Shown here in pieces: positions 48,303-58,261 of a stretch of DNA of 64,000 nt. Every line of letters starts with the position of its first letter. Position 1 is the stretch's first letter. The stretch comes from Candidatus Woesearchaeota archaeon (GTDB lineage: Archaea; Nanobdellota; Nanobdellia; Woesearchaeales; ARS49): positions 8,003 through 72,002 of the forward strand of contig JACQMY010000020.1 in NCBI GenBank assembly GCA_016203305.1, in the 5' to 3' direction. The notes below the pieces were generated by a model, which saw only the letters and a list, made by a program, of their open reading frames with translations, had not been told where the DNA came from and did not search any database. The translations under genes and the position numbers were made by a program.

Positions 48303-50861
48303 TTACGGCATAGGCACTGCTTTCGCAAGCTTTGGAGTGTAAAATCTCAAAATCAAACTGTTGCTAACCACGCTCACGCTGCTTAACGCCATTGCAACAC
48401 CGGCAAGCACAGGATTCAACAAATGGCCGGTTATGGGATAAATCGCGCCAGCAGCAACAGGAATTAAAATGATATTGTAAGCAAAAGCCCAGAACAAGTT
48501 CTGCTTGATCTTCCGCATGGTACGAGCACTCAACTGCATGGCTGTTACAACATCACGCACGTCATTCTTAACCAAAACTATGTTTCCAGCCTCGATTGCG
48601 ATATCAGTACCAGAACCAATAGCAATTCCAACATCCGCCTGTGTCAATGCAGGGGCATCATTAATACCATCACCAACCATGGCAACCTTGAACTTTGCCT
48701 GCAACTCCTTAATTTTCTCAGCCTTCTGGCCAGGAAGCACCCCAGCCAACACGTTATCAATACCAGCTTCCTGCGCAATAGCTCTCGCAGTACGCTCGTT
48801 ATCACCAGTAATAAGGTAAACCTTTTTGCCCAAAGAATGCAACTCCTGAACAGCCTCCTTTGCAAATGGCTTAAGTTCGTCACGCACAGCAATCAAGCCA
48901 AGCACTTGCTTAGCGGTAGCCACAAACACCACTGTTTTTCCTTGACCCTCCAACTCAACTGCCTTCTGCTCGAAAGCAGCAACATCAATCTTCTTGCCCT
49001 CCAACAAAGCACGATTGCCAAGGAATAGCTGCTTGCCACCATACTTGGCAGACACGCCCTTGCCAGTTATAGACTCAAAATGAGATGCTTCAGGAACAGA
49101 CAACTTCCTCTCCTTCGCAGCACGCACAACAGCCTCAGCCAACGGATGCTCACTGCGCTTTTCCAAAATAGCAGCAACCTGCAACACTGCATCAGGCCTT
49201 GCCTTGCCAACAGGAATAACATCAGTGACCTCAGGTTTGCCCTTAGTCAACGTACCAGTCTTATCAAACACTATAATCTTCAAATCCCTTGCCTTCTGCA
49301 AAGACTCAGCATCCTTAAACAAAACACCATGCTCGGCAGCCTTGCCAGTCCCAACCATTATGGCAGTTGGCGTAGCCAAACCAAGAGCACACGGACACGC
49401 GATGATAAGAACAGCAATGAAAGTTGTCAAACCCATACTCGTCGCTCCAAACGCCCACCAAGAAGCAAAACTCGCAACAGCAATCAACATGACAGCAGGA
49501 ACAAAATAAAACGAAATCTTATCAGCAAGCTCTTGAATAGGTGCCTTGCTGCCTTGAGCTTCCTCAACCATTCGAATTATCTGAGCAAGCAAAGTATCAG
49601 CACCGATCTTTGACGCTTTAAAAGTAAAAGTTCCCGTAGCATTAACAGTGCCACCAATAACCTTGCTGCTTATCGTTTTTTCAACAGGAATACTCTCACC
49701 AGAAATCATGCTCTCATCAACACTAGAATGGCCTGATGTCACAACGCCATCAACAGGAACACGCTGGCCAGGCTTCACAACAACAACATCACCAATCTTC
49801 ACATCATCAATAGAAATTTCAACCTCATCCTTGCCCCTCAAAACAATAGCGGTCTTAGCCTGCAATTTGAGCAACTTTTTGATAGCCTCAGAAGTCTTGC
49901 CCTTAGCAATAGCCTCCAACATCTTACCCAACATTATGAAAGCAACAATAAGTCCGGCAATCTCAAAATACAACAACTCAGTCGTATAACCTGTGCCAGC
50001 AAATAACATCACCGCAACAAACAAACTATACACGTACGCTGCACCGGTTCCAATCGCGACCAAGGAATCCATATTAGGCAGACGATTAAACAAAGCCCTA
50101 AAACCCTTGGTGTAGAACTCGCTACCAGCAAGCACAATAGGAGTTGCCAACACGAATTGCAACAAAGCATTCACGCGATCAGACAACATCGGCAAAGGCA
50201 AACCAGCCATGTGACCCATAGCCAGGTACAAAAGCGGAATGCCAAAAATTGCAGCAATCAAAACACGCAGTTTCCAATGACGAACTTCGGCTTCCCTGGC
50301 CTCACGCTCGCCATCAGCCAATGAAGCGTCATAGCCAGCGTTTTTAACAGCGAGAATTAACTTATCAGCACTAACAGTGCCTGTAACAAAAGCCTTGTTA
50401 GAAGCAAGATTAACCTTAACACCAGAAACACCCTCAACCTTCAACAAACTCTGTTCAACAATATTAGCACAATGCTGGCTCTCCATACCAGAAATTCCAA
50501 GAGTAACTTTCCCACCAGCAACTGCCTCATGAACCTCAGTCTCGTAACCAGTCTTCTTAATAGCGTCCTTCAACACCTGCTCAGAAACCATTGCAGGATC
50601 ATAGTCAACAAAAGCCTTGCCAGAAGCAAAGTTAACAACAGCAGACTTAACACCACCAACACCCTTCAACACGCTCTCAATCTTCAAAACACAACTCGCA
50701 CAACGCATGCCGGAAATCGGAATAACGCTTTTCGTTGTCTTTTTTTCAAACTGCTCCTTACAATTCAAACTGCAAAAGTAAAAAGTCTCGCCACTCTTTT
50801 TTATTGAGAACTTGGCAGTAATAGGACTAACATCCATGCCACAAGAAGGGTCCTTTACCAT
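48303..50861 (-). CDS. copA: Copper-translocating P1B-type ATPase with YHS and HMA domains
   Basis: DPSCGM...YFCS, CASC, CPCALG, DKTGT, SEHP, GDGINDAP, YN, MALSS. Confidence 0.95.
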   Translation of the reverse strand: MVKDPSCGMDVSPITAKFSIKKSGETFYFCSLNCKEQFEKKTTKSVIPISGMRCASCVLKIESVLKGVGGVKSAVVNFASGKAFVDYDPAMVSEQVLKDAIKKTGYETEVHEAVAGGKVTLGISGMESQHCANIVEQSLLKVEGVSGVKVNLASNKAFVTGTVSADKLILAVKNAGYDASLADGEREAREAEVRHWKLRVLIAAIFGIPLLYLAMGHMAGLPLPMLSDRVNALLQFVLATPIVLAGSEFYTKGFRALFNRLPNMDSLVAIGTGAAYVYSLFVAVMLFAGTGYTTELLYFEIAGLIVAFIMLGKMLEAIAKGKTSEAIKKLLKLQAKTAIVLRGKDEVEISIDDVKIGDVVVVKPGQRVPVDGVVTSGHSSVDESMISGESIPVEKTISSKVIGGTVNATGTFTFKASKIGADTLLAQIIRMVEEAQGSKAPIQELADKISFYFVPAVMLIAVASFASWWAFGATSMGLTTFIAVLIIACPCALGLATPTAIMVGTGKAAEHGVLFKDAESLQKARDLKIIVFDKTGTLTKGKPEVTDVIPVGKARPDAVLQVAAILEKRSEHPLAEAVVRAAKERKLSVPEASHFESITGKGVSAKYGGKQLFLGNRALLEGKKIDVAAFEQKAVELEGQGKTVVFVATAKQVLGLIAVRDELKPFAKEAVQELHSLGKKVYLITGDNERTARAIAQEAGIDNVLAGVLPGQKAEKIKELQAKFKVAMVGDGINDAPALTQADVGIAIGSGTDIAIEAGNIVLVKNDVRDVVTAMQLSARTMRKIKQNLFWAFAYNIILIPVAAGAIYPITGHLLNPVLAGVAMALSSVSVVSNSLILRFYTPKLAKAVPMP

Positions 50862-50874
50862 AATTGTAACGGTT
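50855..50874. promoter_or_regulatory. Candidate operator TTAC-N7-GTAA, copy 3, overlapping the copA start
   Basis: TTACcataattGTAAcggtt; shares TTGTAACGGTT with copy 1. Confidence 0.6.
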
Positions 50875-50996
50875 GGCGGTCAAGCTATTTAAACATTATG
50901 AAGAACATTCACGCAGCCTTACGCAAAACACGACAAGCATGCAGAACGATTAATCCATACACACCTATTATAAATCAGAAATTCTTCCTCTGCCAC

Positions 50997-51920
50997 ATGT
51001 ACCAAGAGGTGATAGTATTTCTAGTAGGCTGCATAGTATTAGTCAAAAGCTCAGACTACGCAGTAAGGTCAATAGCGCACATCGCAAGATCATTGCGGAT
51101 GACAGAATTCGTAACAAGCTTTATCATGGTAGCGCTGGTGTCAGCACTGCCAGAAACATTCATCAGCATAATAGCGGCAATCAAAGGAGACCCGAGCATA
51201 GGAATAGGAACCCTGCTTGGAAGCAACATAGCAGACCTAACGCTCATCCTTGGATTGGTCGCCCTCGCAGGACACCCGCTAACAGTCCATAGCAGCATAA
51301 TCAAAAAAGACATGTATTTTGTCGGACTAACAACACTGCCAATCATACTCGGACTAGACGGAACACTTGGAAGAATAGACGCGGCAATACTACTCATCAG
51401 CGGAATAACATTCATGATAGTCCTCCTATCAGAAAGAGAATACTTCCACAAATCATACAAAGACGGCAACCACTTTATCAAAAACACCCTAATATTCATA
51501 CTCAGCGCAGCACTAATGCTTGCAGCAGCAACAGCAATCGTAACCAGCAGCCACACACTCGCCATCAACATAGGAATACCCGCAATGATAATCGGACTAG
51601 TGCTAATCGCACTAGGAACAACACTCCCAGAATTCACATTCTCACTACAAAGCATCAGAAAAGGACATTCCTCACTCGCAATTGGAGACCTGCTAGGAGT
51701 AGTAGTAGTTGACGCGACAATCATAACAGGAATAACAGCACTAATCCAACCAGTAACGCTCAACCTATTCCTACTATCAATAGTAGGAGTCTTCACAGCA
51801 ATAGCAGCAGTATTCGCACTAATGTTTATGAGAACAGACGAAACAATAAACAAAAACGAAGCCATAACACTCATATTATTCTACATTGCATTTGTAGTTG
51901 TACAAGTGTTTTTAGCGTAG
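50997..51920 (+). CDS. Sodium:calcium antiporter (CaCA, YrbG-like)
   Basis: SALPE...GSNIAD and GTTLPE alpha repeats. Confidence 0.9.
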   Translation: MYQEVIVFLVGCIVLVKSSDYAVRSIAHIARSLRMTEFVTSFIMVALVSALPETFISIIAAIKGDPSIGIGTLLGSNIADLTLILGLVALAGHPLTVHSSIIKKDMYFVGLTTLPIILGLDGTLGRIDAAILLISGITFMIVLLSEREYFHKSYKDGNHFIKNTLIFILSAALMLAAATAIVTSSHTLAINIGIPAMIIGLVLIALGTTLPEFTFSLQSIRKGHSSLAIGDLLGVVVVDATIITGITALIQPVTLNLFLLSIVGVFTAIAAVFALMFMRTDETINKNEAITLILFYIAFVVVQVFLA

Positions 51921-51992
51921 ACGAAGGACGTAGGCTGTAGGACGAAGGCGATTGGCTGTTGGCTTTTAGCTATTAGGATGAAGGATGAAGAT
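51918..51992 (+). repeat. Heptamer array
   Basis: acgaagg acgtagg ctgtagg acgaagg ... ttggctg ttggctt ttagcta ttagg atgaagg atgaaga. Confidence 0.85.
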
Positions 51993-52074
51993 CGTTATTC
52001 GACGTTCGTAATACGTCACTATAGTAGTATTGTACTTGAACAATATTTATATCACACACGGAAATGTTCAACAG

Positions 52075-52131
52075 AGAGGCATCGCCACTTCGTGGCGGGT
52101 CTCATTCTTGAGCCAAAAATGAGGTGAACAC
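52075..52131 (+). promoter_or_regulatory. Structured 5' leader, copy 2
   Basis: AGAGGCATCGCCACTTCGTGGCGGGTCTCATTCTTGAGCCAAAAATGAGGTGA; TTTATAT about 25 nt upstream. Confidence 0.8.
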
Positions 52132-52443
52132 ATGAGCGAAAAAATTGCGATAATGATATTAGGCATTGTAGCACTAATAGGAAGCATAGGACTTGTAGCA
52201 ATGCTTACAGGAACATCAACAGGAGCCATGGCATCATCAGCCAGAATGGATTCAAAAATCGCAGAATGCATGAAATTGCTTGAACAGATCGGAAACCAGC
52301 CAGTCCCAAGCGTGGAAGCAGGATTGCCTTGCCAAAAACAACCAAACGGATACTGCGACCCAAGCGATGACTGCCAAGTAGGAATCCGATACGGCAAATG
52401 CGACAAAAACTGCAATTGCGTGCTAACAAAAGCAAAAGCATAA
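52132..52443 (+). CDS. Small membrane-anchored Cys-rich protein
   Basis: TM, STGA, CDPSDDC...GKCDKNCNC. Confidence 0.8.
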   Translation: MSEKIAIMILGIVALIGSIGLVAMLTGTSTGAMASSARMDSKIAECMKLLEQIGNQPVPSVEAGLPCQKQPNGYCDPSDDCQVGIRYGKCDKNCNCVLTKAKA

Positions 52444-52470
52444 GTTTTGAATTTTTTAGTTTTTTTAACT

Positions 52471-52562
52471 TATAGCGCCGGACATAAATAATCATATCAA
52501 ACTTATGTCCGGCGAATATAACAACGGACAAAAATGATCAATCATTTAGGTCCGTTGCTATA
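52471..52562. repeat. Two adjacent related inverted repeats
   Basis: CGCCGGACATAA/TTATGTCCGGCG and TATAACAACGGAC/GTCCGTTGCTATA. Confidence 0.75.
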
Positions 52563-52626
52563 TGCAACAAAATTATTTCTAACGTGAGATATCTTTAAAT
52601 ACAGTCATTTTGCTCATTCTCCATAC

Positions 52627-52712
52627 GGCGCCGTAGCAAAGCCTGGCCAAATGCGGAGGACTTAAGATCCTCTCCCTTAGTGGGTTCGCAGGTTCAAATC
52701 CTGCCGGCGCCA
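52627..52712 (+). tRNA. tRNA-Leu(TAA)
   Basis: GAGGA-CT-TAA-GA-TCCTC anticodon arm, long variable arm, GGCGCCG/CGGCGCC-A acceptor. Confidence 0.95.
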
Positions 52713-52716
52713 CTTA

Positions 52717-53028
52717 ATGAAAATCCTTTTCATCTGCAACCAAAACAAGCATCGAAGCAAGACAGCAGAAATTCTATCTCGTAATCAACACGAAACAAGA
52801 TCAGCAGGACTATACAACGAAACACCTGTCACACCATCACAACTTGAATGGGCAGAACTTGTCATTGTCATGGAAGAAGAACAACGCATGGAACTAATGA
52901 AGCGCTTTCCTAAAAATGTCATGCAAAAACGAATAGTCTGTTTGAATATTGATGACACTTATTCCTACGGACAACCTGCATTAATTGAACAATTGCAATG
53001 CAAAATGGATGAATATTATTGTGAGTGA
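52717..53028 (+). CDS. Low-molecular-weight protein tyrosine phosphatase-like
   Basis: ILFICNQNKHRSKTAE (CX5R), RSAG, LEWA. Confidence 0.85.
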   Translation: MKILFICNQNKHRSKTAEILSRNQHETRSAGLYNETPVTPSQLEWAELVIVMEEEQRMELMKRFPKNVMQKRIVCLNIDDTYSYGQPALIEQLQCKMDEYYCE

Positions 53029-53088
53029 CCATCATTCAATAATTCGGCCTTAGTTACTCTTAAATATATCCAAACATTCAGCCAGCCC

Positions 53089-55266
53089 ATGAAAAGAGCA
53101 GTGATACTCGTGCTTCTTATAGTAATTCCGGCAGTTATCGCCTACGAGTGCCCGCCAGGAACGGTGTGGAGCAGAGGAGTCATTGGTTGCGTTCAAGAAA
53201 AATGCCCGCCAGGATCAGGAAGACTCTACAGCGAAGCATGCTCGTGCTGGACCTCAGAATGGGGAGGAACGCCAAAAGTCACGTGTTCTGAAAATGGACT
53301 AGCAACGCACTGCCTGCCAGAAGGAGGAAAGTGCGAAGAAAACCCATCGCCCTGGGACCCAATAACAGGCCAGTGCAAATCAGGATACACGCTAAACGCA
53401 GACAAAACATCCTGCGTGGCAGGAACATCAGGAACAACAGATGGCGGATCTAGCACGCCATCGCCACCAAGCTCACAAACAACACCAGATGAAACCGGGA
53501 CTTCAGGCACTTCACCCCCGCCAGCACAAACAGAAGAACAATACTGCGCAAGCAGGCCAAACATGCAATACGTCAACGGCAAGTGCACGTGCGCCACAGG
53601 ATACCTTCAGGATTTACAAAGAAAAGGCTGCGTAACACCAGAACAACTAGAAGCACAATGCGACTTCATACTTGATGCTCGTTATGACCCAGCAACAAAA
53701 AAATGCGTGTGCGAAAACCCCAAAGAATACCCCAGCGGATATTCATGGGTGTGCGAAAATGCACAAACCTTCGGAGACCAAGTATGCAACAACCGTTACA
53801 TGGGAGCAGTATACTCGGCAACAGACAAAAAATGCACTTGCCCTCCAGGAACAACCACTTCGCCAGACAAAAAATCCTGCACCAAACCAGGAGCAATCGG
53901 AGCAGCGTGCAGCGACACAAAACCCTGCCCGAACACAAACTACGCGTGCGTTGACGGAACATGCGCGTGCTCCAGTGGATACCGCGCAAGCGTAGATGGA
54001 AAAAGTTGCGTAACACAAGAAGAATACGGCAATGAAGCATGCCCCCAACGATATCCAGGATCTGTTTACGATGCAGCAAACAAAAAATGTTCATGTCCAG
54101 CCGGAACAACAAAATCACCAGACGGGAAATCCTGCATAAAAAGCACAGCAGCAGGAGCAGCTTGTGACACGAATTCAAATTGTACTCAAACAACAAGCTG
54201 CGATCCAACAAGCAAAACATGCAAAGAAGTCCCATGCGAATGCGGCGAAGTAAAAGACCACAAATGCGAAGCATACGCGTGCTGCGATGACACAAAGTGC
54301 GCAAATGACGAAAAATGCGACACAACAGACCACAAATGCACAAAAGTAGATTGTCCAACAGGAACAATCAGAAACCACGAGTGCAACCCAGGAGACTGCG
54401 ACAATGACAACAACAAATGTCCGGACGATAAAAAATGCGAAGCAAATACCTGCACGTCAATAACTTGCGATTGCGGCAAAATAGAAAACCACGCGTGCAC
54501 GCCATACGAGTGCTGCCAAGACACACAATGCACCACGCCAGACACTGCATGCGACACTAACGAACACAAATGCAAACCAGTTGAAGTATGCAAGCACGTA
54601 CTCAACAGCGGAGACTCCACAAAGTTTGACCTAGTATTCGTACCAGACAAGTACACAGCAGCGCAAAAAGGCACGTTCGAATCAGACGTGCGCAAAATCT
54701 ACGACAAGTTAATAGACATGGAACCATTCAAGTCAAACAGAAACAAAATAAACGTGCACAGAGTAGAAAAGTTCGACCAAAACTTAAACTGCAACTACCA
54801 ACAAGCACCCCTGGACCCAGCAGAACGAGAACAATGGAGACTATTAGTCTGCGACGCAGGAAAAGCAACAACGCTCGCCTCAAAATGCCCAGCCGACAAC
54901 GTAATGGTCGTAGTTAATTCAGCACAATACGGCGGATCAGGAGGAAGCGTAGCAGTATCGTACAACGGCGACGTAGCAATAGGAGTCCTCGTCCACGAAC
55001 TCGGCCACATGCTAGGACTAGATGACGAATACTCCTACGGCACAAACGCGGCAGCAGGCAAAAGCCCACGCGCAAACTGTGACTCAAGCAACACGTGCAC
55101 CAAATGGAATGCTGTAGCGGGAACCAGTTGCAACCAAAAATGCAGCTACGAAAACTGGTACCGCTCAACACCAGGAGGAGACATTATGCTGGACAATACA
55201 AACAACCTCTTCTTTAGAACAGTATCACAAAACCACATCAAAACAATACTCGCGGGGTACAGATGA
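53089..55266 (+). CDS. Secreted Cys-rich/EGF-like repeat protein with C-terminal M64-like metallopeptidase
   Basis: Signal peptide, many Cys repeats, DLVFVPD, YGGSG, VHELGHMLGLDDEY. Confidence 0.85.
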   Translation: MKRAVILVLLIVIPAVIAYECPPGTVWSRGVIGCVQEKCPPGSGRLYSEACSCWTSEWGGTPKVTCSENGLATHCLPEGGKCEENPSPWDPITGQCKSGYTLNADKTSCVAGTSGTTDGGSSTPSPPSSQTTPDETGTSGTSPPPAQTEEQYCASRPNMQYVNGKCTCATGYLQDLQRKGCVTPEQLEAQCDFILDARYDPATKKCVCENPKEYPSGYSWVCENAQTFGDQVCNNRYMGAVYSATDKKCTCPPGTTTSPDKKSCTKPGAIGAACSDTKPCPNTNYACVDGTCACSSGYRASVDGKSCVTQEEYGNEACPQRYPGSVYDAANKKCSCPAGTTKSPDGKSCIKSTAAGAACDTNSNCTQTTSCDPTSKTCKEVPCECGEVKDHKCEAYACCDDTKCANDEKCDTTDHKCTKVDCPTGTIRNHECNPGDCDNDNNKCPDDKKCEANTCTSITCDCGKIENHACTPYECCQDTQCTTPDTACDTNEHKCKPVEVCKHVLNSGDSTKFDLVFVPDKYTAAQKGTFESDVRKIYDKLIDMEPFKSNRNKINVHRVEKFDQNLNCNYQQAPLDPAEREQWRLLVCDAGKATTLASKCPADNVMVVVNSAQYGGSGGSVAVSYNGDVAIGVLVHELGHMLGLDDEYSYGTNAAAGKSPRANCDSSNTCTKWNAVAGTSCNQKCSYENWYRSTPGGDIMLDNTNNLFFRTVSQNHIKTILAGYR

Positions 55267-56015
55267 AACGAATAGCGATTCTAATTCTCCTACTAGCAAC
55301 ACTAGCAACAGCAGAACAGCTAAAAGACAAATCCTACTTTATAACACTACACTACTCACAAGGAAGTGTGACAGTAAAAAACGTCACCGTCGGCTACGGC
55401 TACGCACCAGACACAGTAAACCAGCCAACACAAGGATACAAAATAGTCCTCAAAGACTACAACAACGCAATAGTTTACGTCAAACTATTCACAATACCAA
55501 ACCAGATCGAAGCACCAATGACACCAGACGGCAGATGGTCGCCCTGGATAACACTCGACAACTTTGACTTTGTAGTCCAACTACCATACTACACAGAAGG
55601 CGGAACAATAGAAGCACAAACACCAACAGGACAACCAGTACCTGTTGAACCTGGTAAACCTGCGGCACTCCCCGGAAAAACAAGCACTCCAAGCGCAATA
55701 AACAACCCGGCCACGAACCAAGTCAACGTCAAACCACTAGCACAATGCAACCAAAACAAAATCTGCGACAACAGAGAAACCAGCAAAACATGCACGGACT
55801 GCAAAGGAACACAACAAGGACCAACAGCCAAGTACTTGTCAGGCGAAAAACTCACGCTAGGAGAAGCAGAACTAGAAGACCTGCCACTAGACGACAGCGT
55901 AGGCATCCCATGCAAAACCAAAATACCTCCAATTGTAACAAACAACCTCCTCTGGATCATACTGGCAATTGTTATCATAGCGGTCGTATACTGGAAAAAA
56001 CGAAAGAAATCCTGA
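55263..56015 (+). CDS. Exported protein with C-terminal TM anchor
   Basis: ATGA overlap; signal peptide; CNQNKICD...C.DC; TM followed by KKRKK. Confidence 0.8.
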   Translation: MKRIAILILLLATLATAEQLKDKSYFITLHYSQGSVTVKNVTVGYGYAPDTVNQPTQGYKIVLKDYNNAIVYVKLFTIPNQIEAPMTPDGRWSPWITLDNFDFVVQLPYYTEGGTIEAQTPTGQPVPVEPGKPAALPGKTSTPSAINNPATNQVNVKPLAQCNQNKICDNRETSKTCTDCKGTQQGPTAKYLSGEKLTLGEAELEDLPLDDSVGIPCKTKIPPIVTNNLLWIILAIVIIAVVYWKKRKKS

Positions 56016-56597
56016 CTACTCATCCTTCAACAAGTCAGGCAAAACCCTCATGTCAAGCTGAGAAGTCCTATACTGACGAACACGGCTTGCCTCTATTTGT
56101 TCCTCAACATCATCAGGCAAAACAGTCAAGCCACCAAGAACAAAAGAAACACTCTCTGAACGAGTATCATGCATGGCTCTCAAAATTGCAGGAACTGGAG
56201 ATCCCTCGTAACCCTGCACTGTATTAACTCCGAGCTTTGATGACTTTATGACCTTTTCCAAGGGGGGCTGCGGAAAAGCATAAAAAATTCCAGTGCTAGC
56301 ACATTCGCCTGCACGCCGTACCACGTCATGAAAGCCATCGAGCACGCAATGATACGCGCCCTCCTGCACACGCCTCAAAAAATCAACATAAAACCTTCCT
56401 GCTTGCTCCTTTCCAACCAGCTCTCGCAACGCGCGCAAAGGATCCATCTGTTTATTACCCAAAACCTCACGCACGCGCAAAGGATCCAAACCACTAGCCA
56501 CCCGCTGAATGCCCTCTGAATATAATCTCGAAACATCCAACGTCGCATCCAAAGAAAACAACACCAAACCAGTCATAAATGTCGTAAAGCAAAACAT
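56016..56597 (-). CDS. Degenerate HAD-like protein
   Basis: VLFSLDATLD resembles HAD motif I without the first Asp. Confidence 0.5.
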   Translation of the reverse strand: MFCFTTFMTGLVLFSLDATLDVSRLYSEGIQRVASGLDPLRVREVLGNKQMDPLRALRELVGKEQAGRFYVDFLRRVQEGAYHCVLDGFHDVVRRAGECASTGIFYAFPQPPLEKVIKSSKLGVNTVQGYEGSPVPAILRAMHDTRSESVSFVLGGLTVLPDDVEEQIEASRVRQYRTSQLDMRVLPDLLKDE

Positions 56598-56669
56598 ACT
56601 TAAATAACATTCGACACAAATTAACCATGTTACAAAAAACTTTTAAAGTACGTTAAACGCCACAACCAA

Positions 56670-57794
56670 ATGAAAAAAGTCTTTTTATTGATTCTACTAA
56701 TAGCCTGCAGCCAGGCAAACGAAAAAATCTTTGTAGCAAACGAAGAAGCAGGAACAATATCAATCATTGACGCTACAACATTAAAAGAAATAGAACGAGT
56801 AACACTCTCTAATAAAGGAGACGACTACCTGCCACACAACATACAAACAGTCGGAAATTTAGTATTGATAACGGCAAACCACTATCATGGAGCACACGAT
56901 GAAAGCTCGCACAGCCACACAGAAAGTGTTGAGATGAACAAGCACATGGACGATCATGGAGAAACTCACGCGGGCAATCACGACCTAGCAGCAGAAAAAC
57001 CAACAATAGCATTCGGCATTGTTACGGTAGAAGCACACGAAGGAGAAGAGGAAGCACAAGAAATACACCCTGACCAGCTCGTCATAATGGACGCCAAAAC
57101 ACACAAAATAACCGAAAGAATAAACTTGGATGTTGAAGCACACCTCGCACACGTCGTATCAGATGGAGAGAATGCCTACATCACGGCAACAAACAAGAAC
57201 TTGTTATACATTGTAAACTTGGAAAACAAAAACCTCAACTACATAGAACTGGGAAACAGCAGCCCACACGGCATAAGACTAACACCAGACAAAGCAATAA
57301 TCGCAGGGATGAACAACCAACTACAACTGGTAGATTTACGAACAAACAAAGTAGAAACCATCAAACTCCCAGGCAAAGCAGTACAAACCGGCTATGTAAC
57401 GGGTAAAGCACTAGCGACAATCTACGACACCAAGCAAATAGCAATCTACGATCTCACGAGCAAAAAACTAGAATTTGTCAACCTAACCAACGCAAAAGGA
57501 CCAATACAACTATACCCAACACCAAATGAGAAATACATCTATGTTGCTGATCAAGGAGTTTATTTCGCACAACCACCAGGAACTAACACTTACAAAATAA
57601 ACCTGGAAACAAAACAAATAACGACCATACCAACAGGTCAAGCACCACATGGAGTAGTGGTAAGCCCAGACGGCAGAGTATGGGTGACAAACCTTCAAGG
57701 CAACACAGTCAGCCTACTAGAAAACGACAAAAAAACAGCAGAGATAGACGTCGGCGTGCTACCAAACGGGATAACGTACTGGAGCAAGGTTTAA
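56670..57794 (+). CDS. YncE/YVTN beta-propeller lipoprotein with His-rich insert
   Basis: LIAC lipobox, FVANE, PHG repeats, VWVTN; HYHGAHDESSHSH. Confidence 0.85.
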   Translation: MKKVFLLILLIACSQANEKIFVANEEAGTISIIDATTLKEIERVTLSNKGDDYLPHNIQTVGNLVLITANHYHGAHDESSHSHTESVEMNKHMDDHGETHAGNHDLAAEKPTIAFGIVTVEAHEGEEEAQEIHPDQLVIMDAKTHKITERINLDVEAHLAHVVSDGENAYITATNKNLLYIVNLENKNLNYIELGNSSPHGIRLTPDKAIIAGMNNQLQLVDLRTNKVETIKLPGKAVQTGYVTGKALATIYDTKQIAIYDLTSKKLEFVNLTNAKGPIQLYPTPNEKYIYVADQGVYFAQPPGTNTYKINLETKQITTIPTGQAPHGVVVSPDGRVWVTNLQGNTVSLLENDKKTAEIDVGVLPNGITYWSKV

Positions 57795-57820
57795 AAACAA
57801 CTCTTTCTGACAACGCACGC

Positions 57821-58213
57821 ATGGAAATAATCAACACGATACTCTCGCCACCGTTCTTAGTAGCAAACACATCAATAATCGCGGCAATCCTCGGCGGAAT
57901 GACATTATTCTTCTTCGGAACACTATTTGACAAGAAATTAATATTCCCAACAGCCAAATGGATAGACAACCACGCCTACTCATTCATCCGCCACAAAACC
58001 CACACCAAAGCAAAGTACTGCGCACACGCATCAGAAAGCATAGCAACAATATTCCTCATCATTTACTGCTATCTCAACGTAACCCTACTCGCAGAATACA
58101 TCTACGCACCAATACTCCAACGATTAAGAGGAATACTATTGCTGGTTTGCATAGGATTGCTTATACTAACAAGCTGGGCATACCACCATTATCAGTTGCA
58201 CAGGAAATGGTGA
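57821..58213 (+). CDS. Hypothetical membrane protein
   Basis: Three hydrophobic segments. Confidence 0.65.
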   Translation: MEIINTILSPPFLVANTSIIAAILGGMTLFFFGTLFDKKLIFPTAKWIDNHAYSFIRHKTHTKAKYCAHASESIATIFLIIYCYLNVTLLAEYIYAPILQRLRGILLLVCIGLLILTSWAYHHYQLHRKW

Positions 58214-58261
58214 GTTCTACAACAAGATTTAAAAACCATAAGACGGGGCACAGTAGAATAT

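Noticed and set aside
56623-56636. Further copy of the copper operator before the YncE-like gene (AACCATGTTACAA)
   Set aside because: Only a half-site resemblance without the TTAC-N7-GTAA palindrome.
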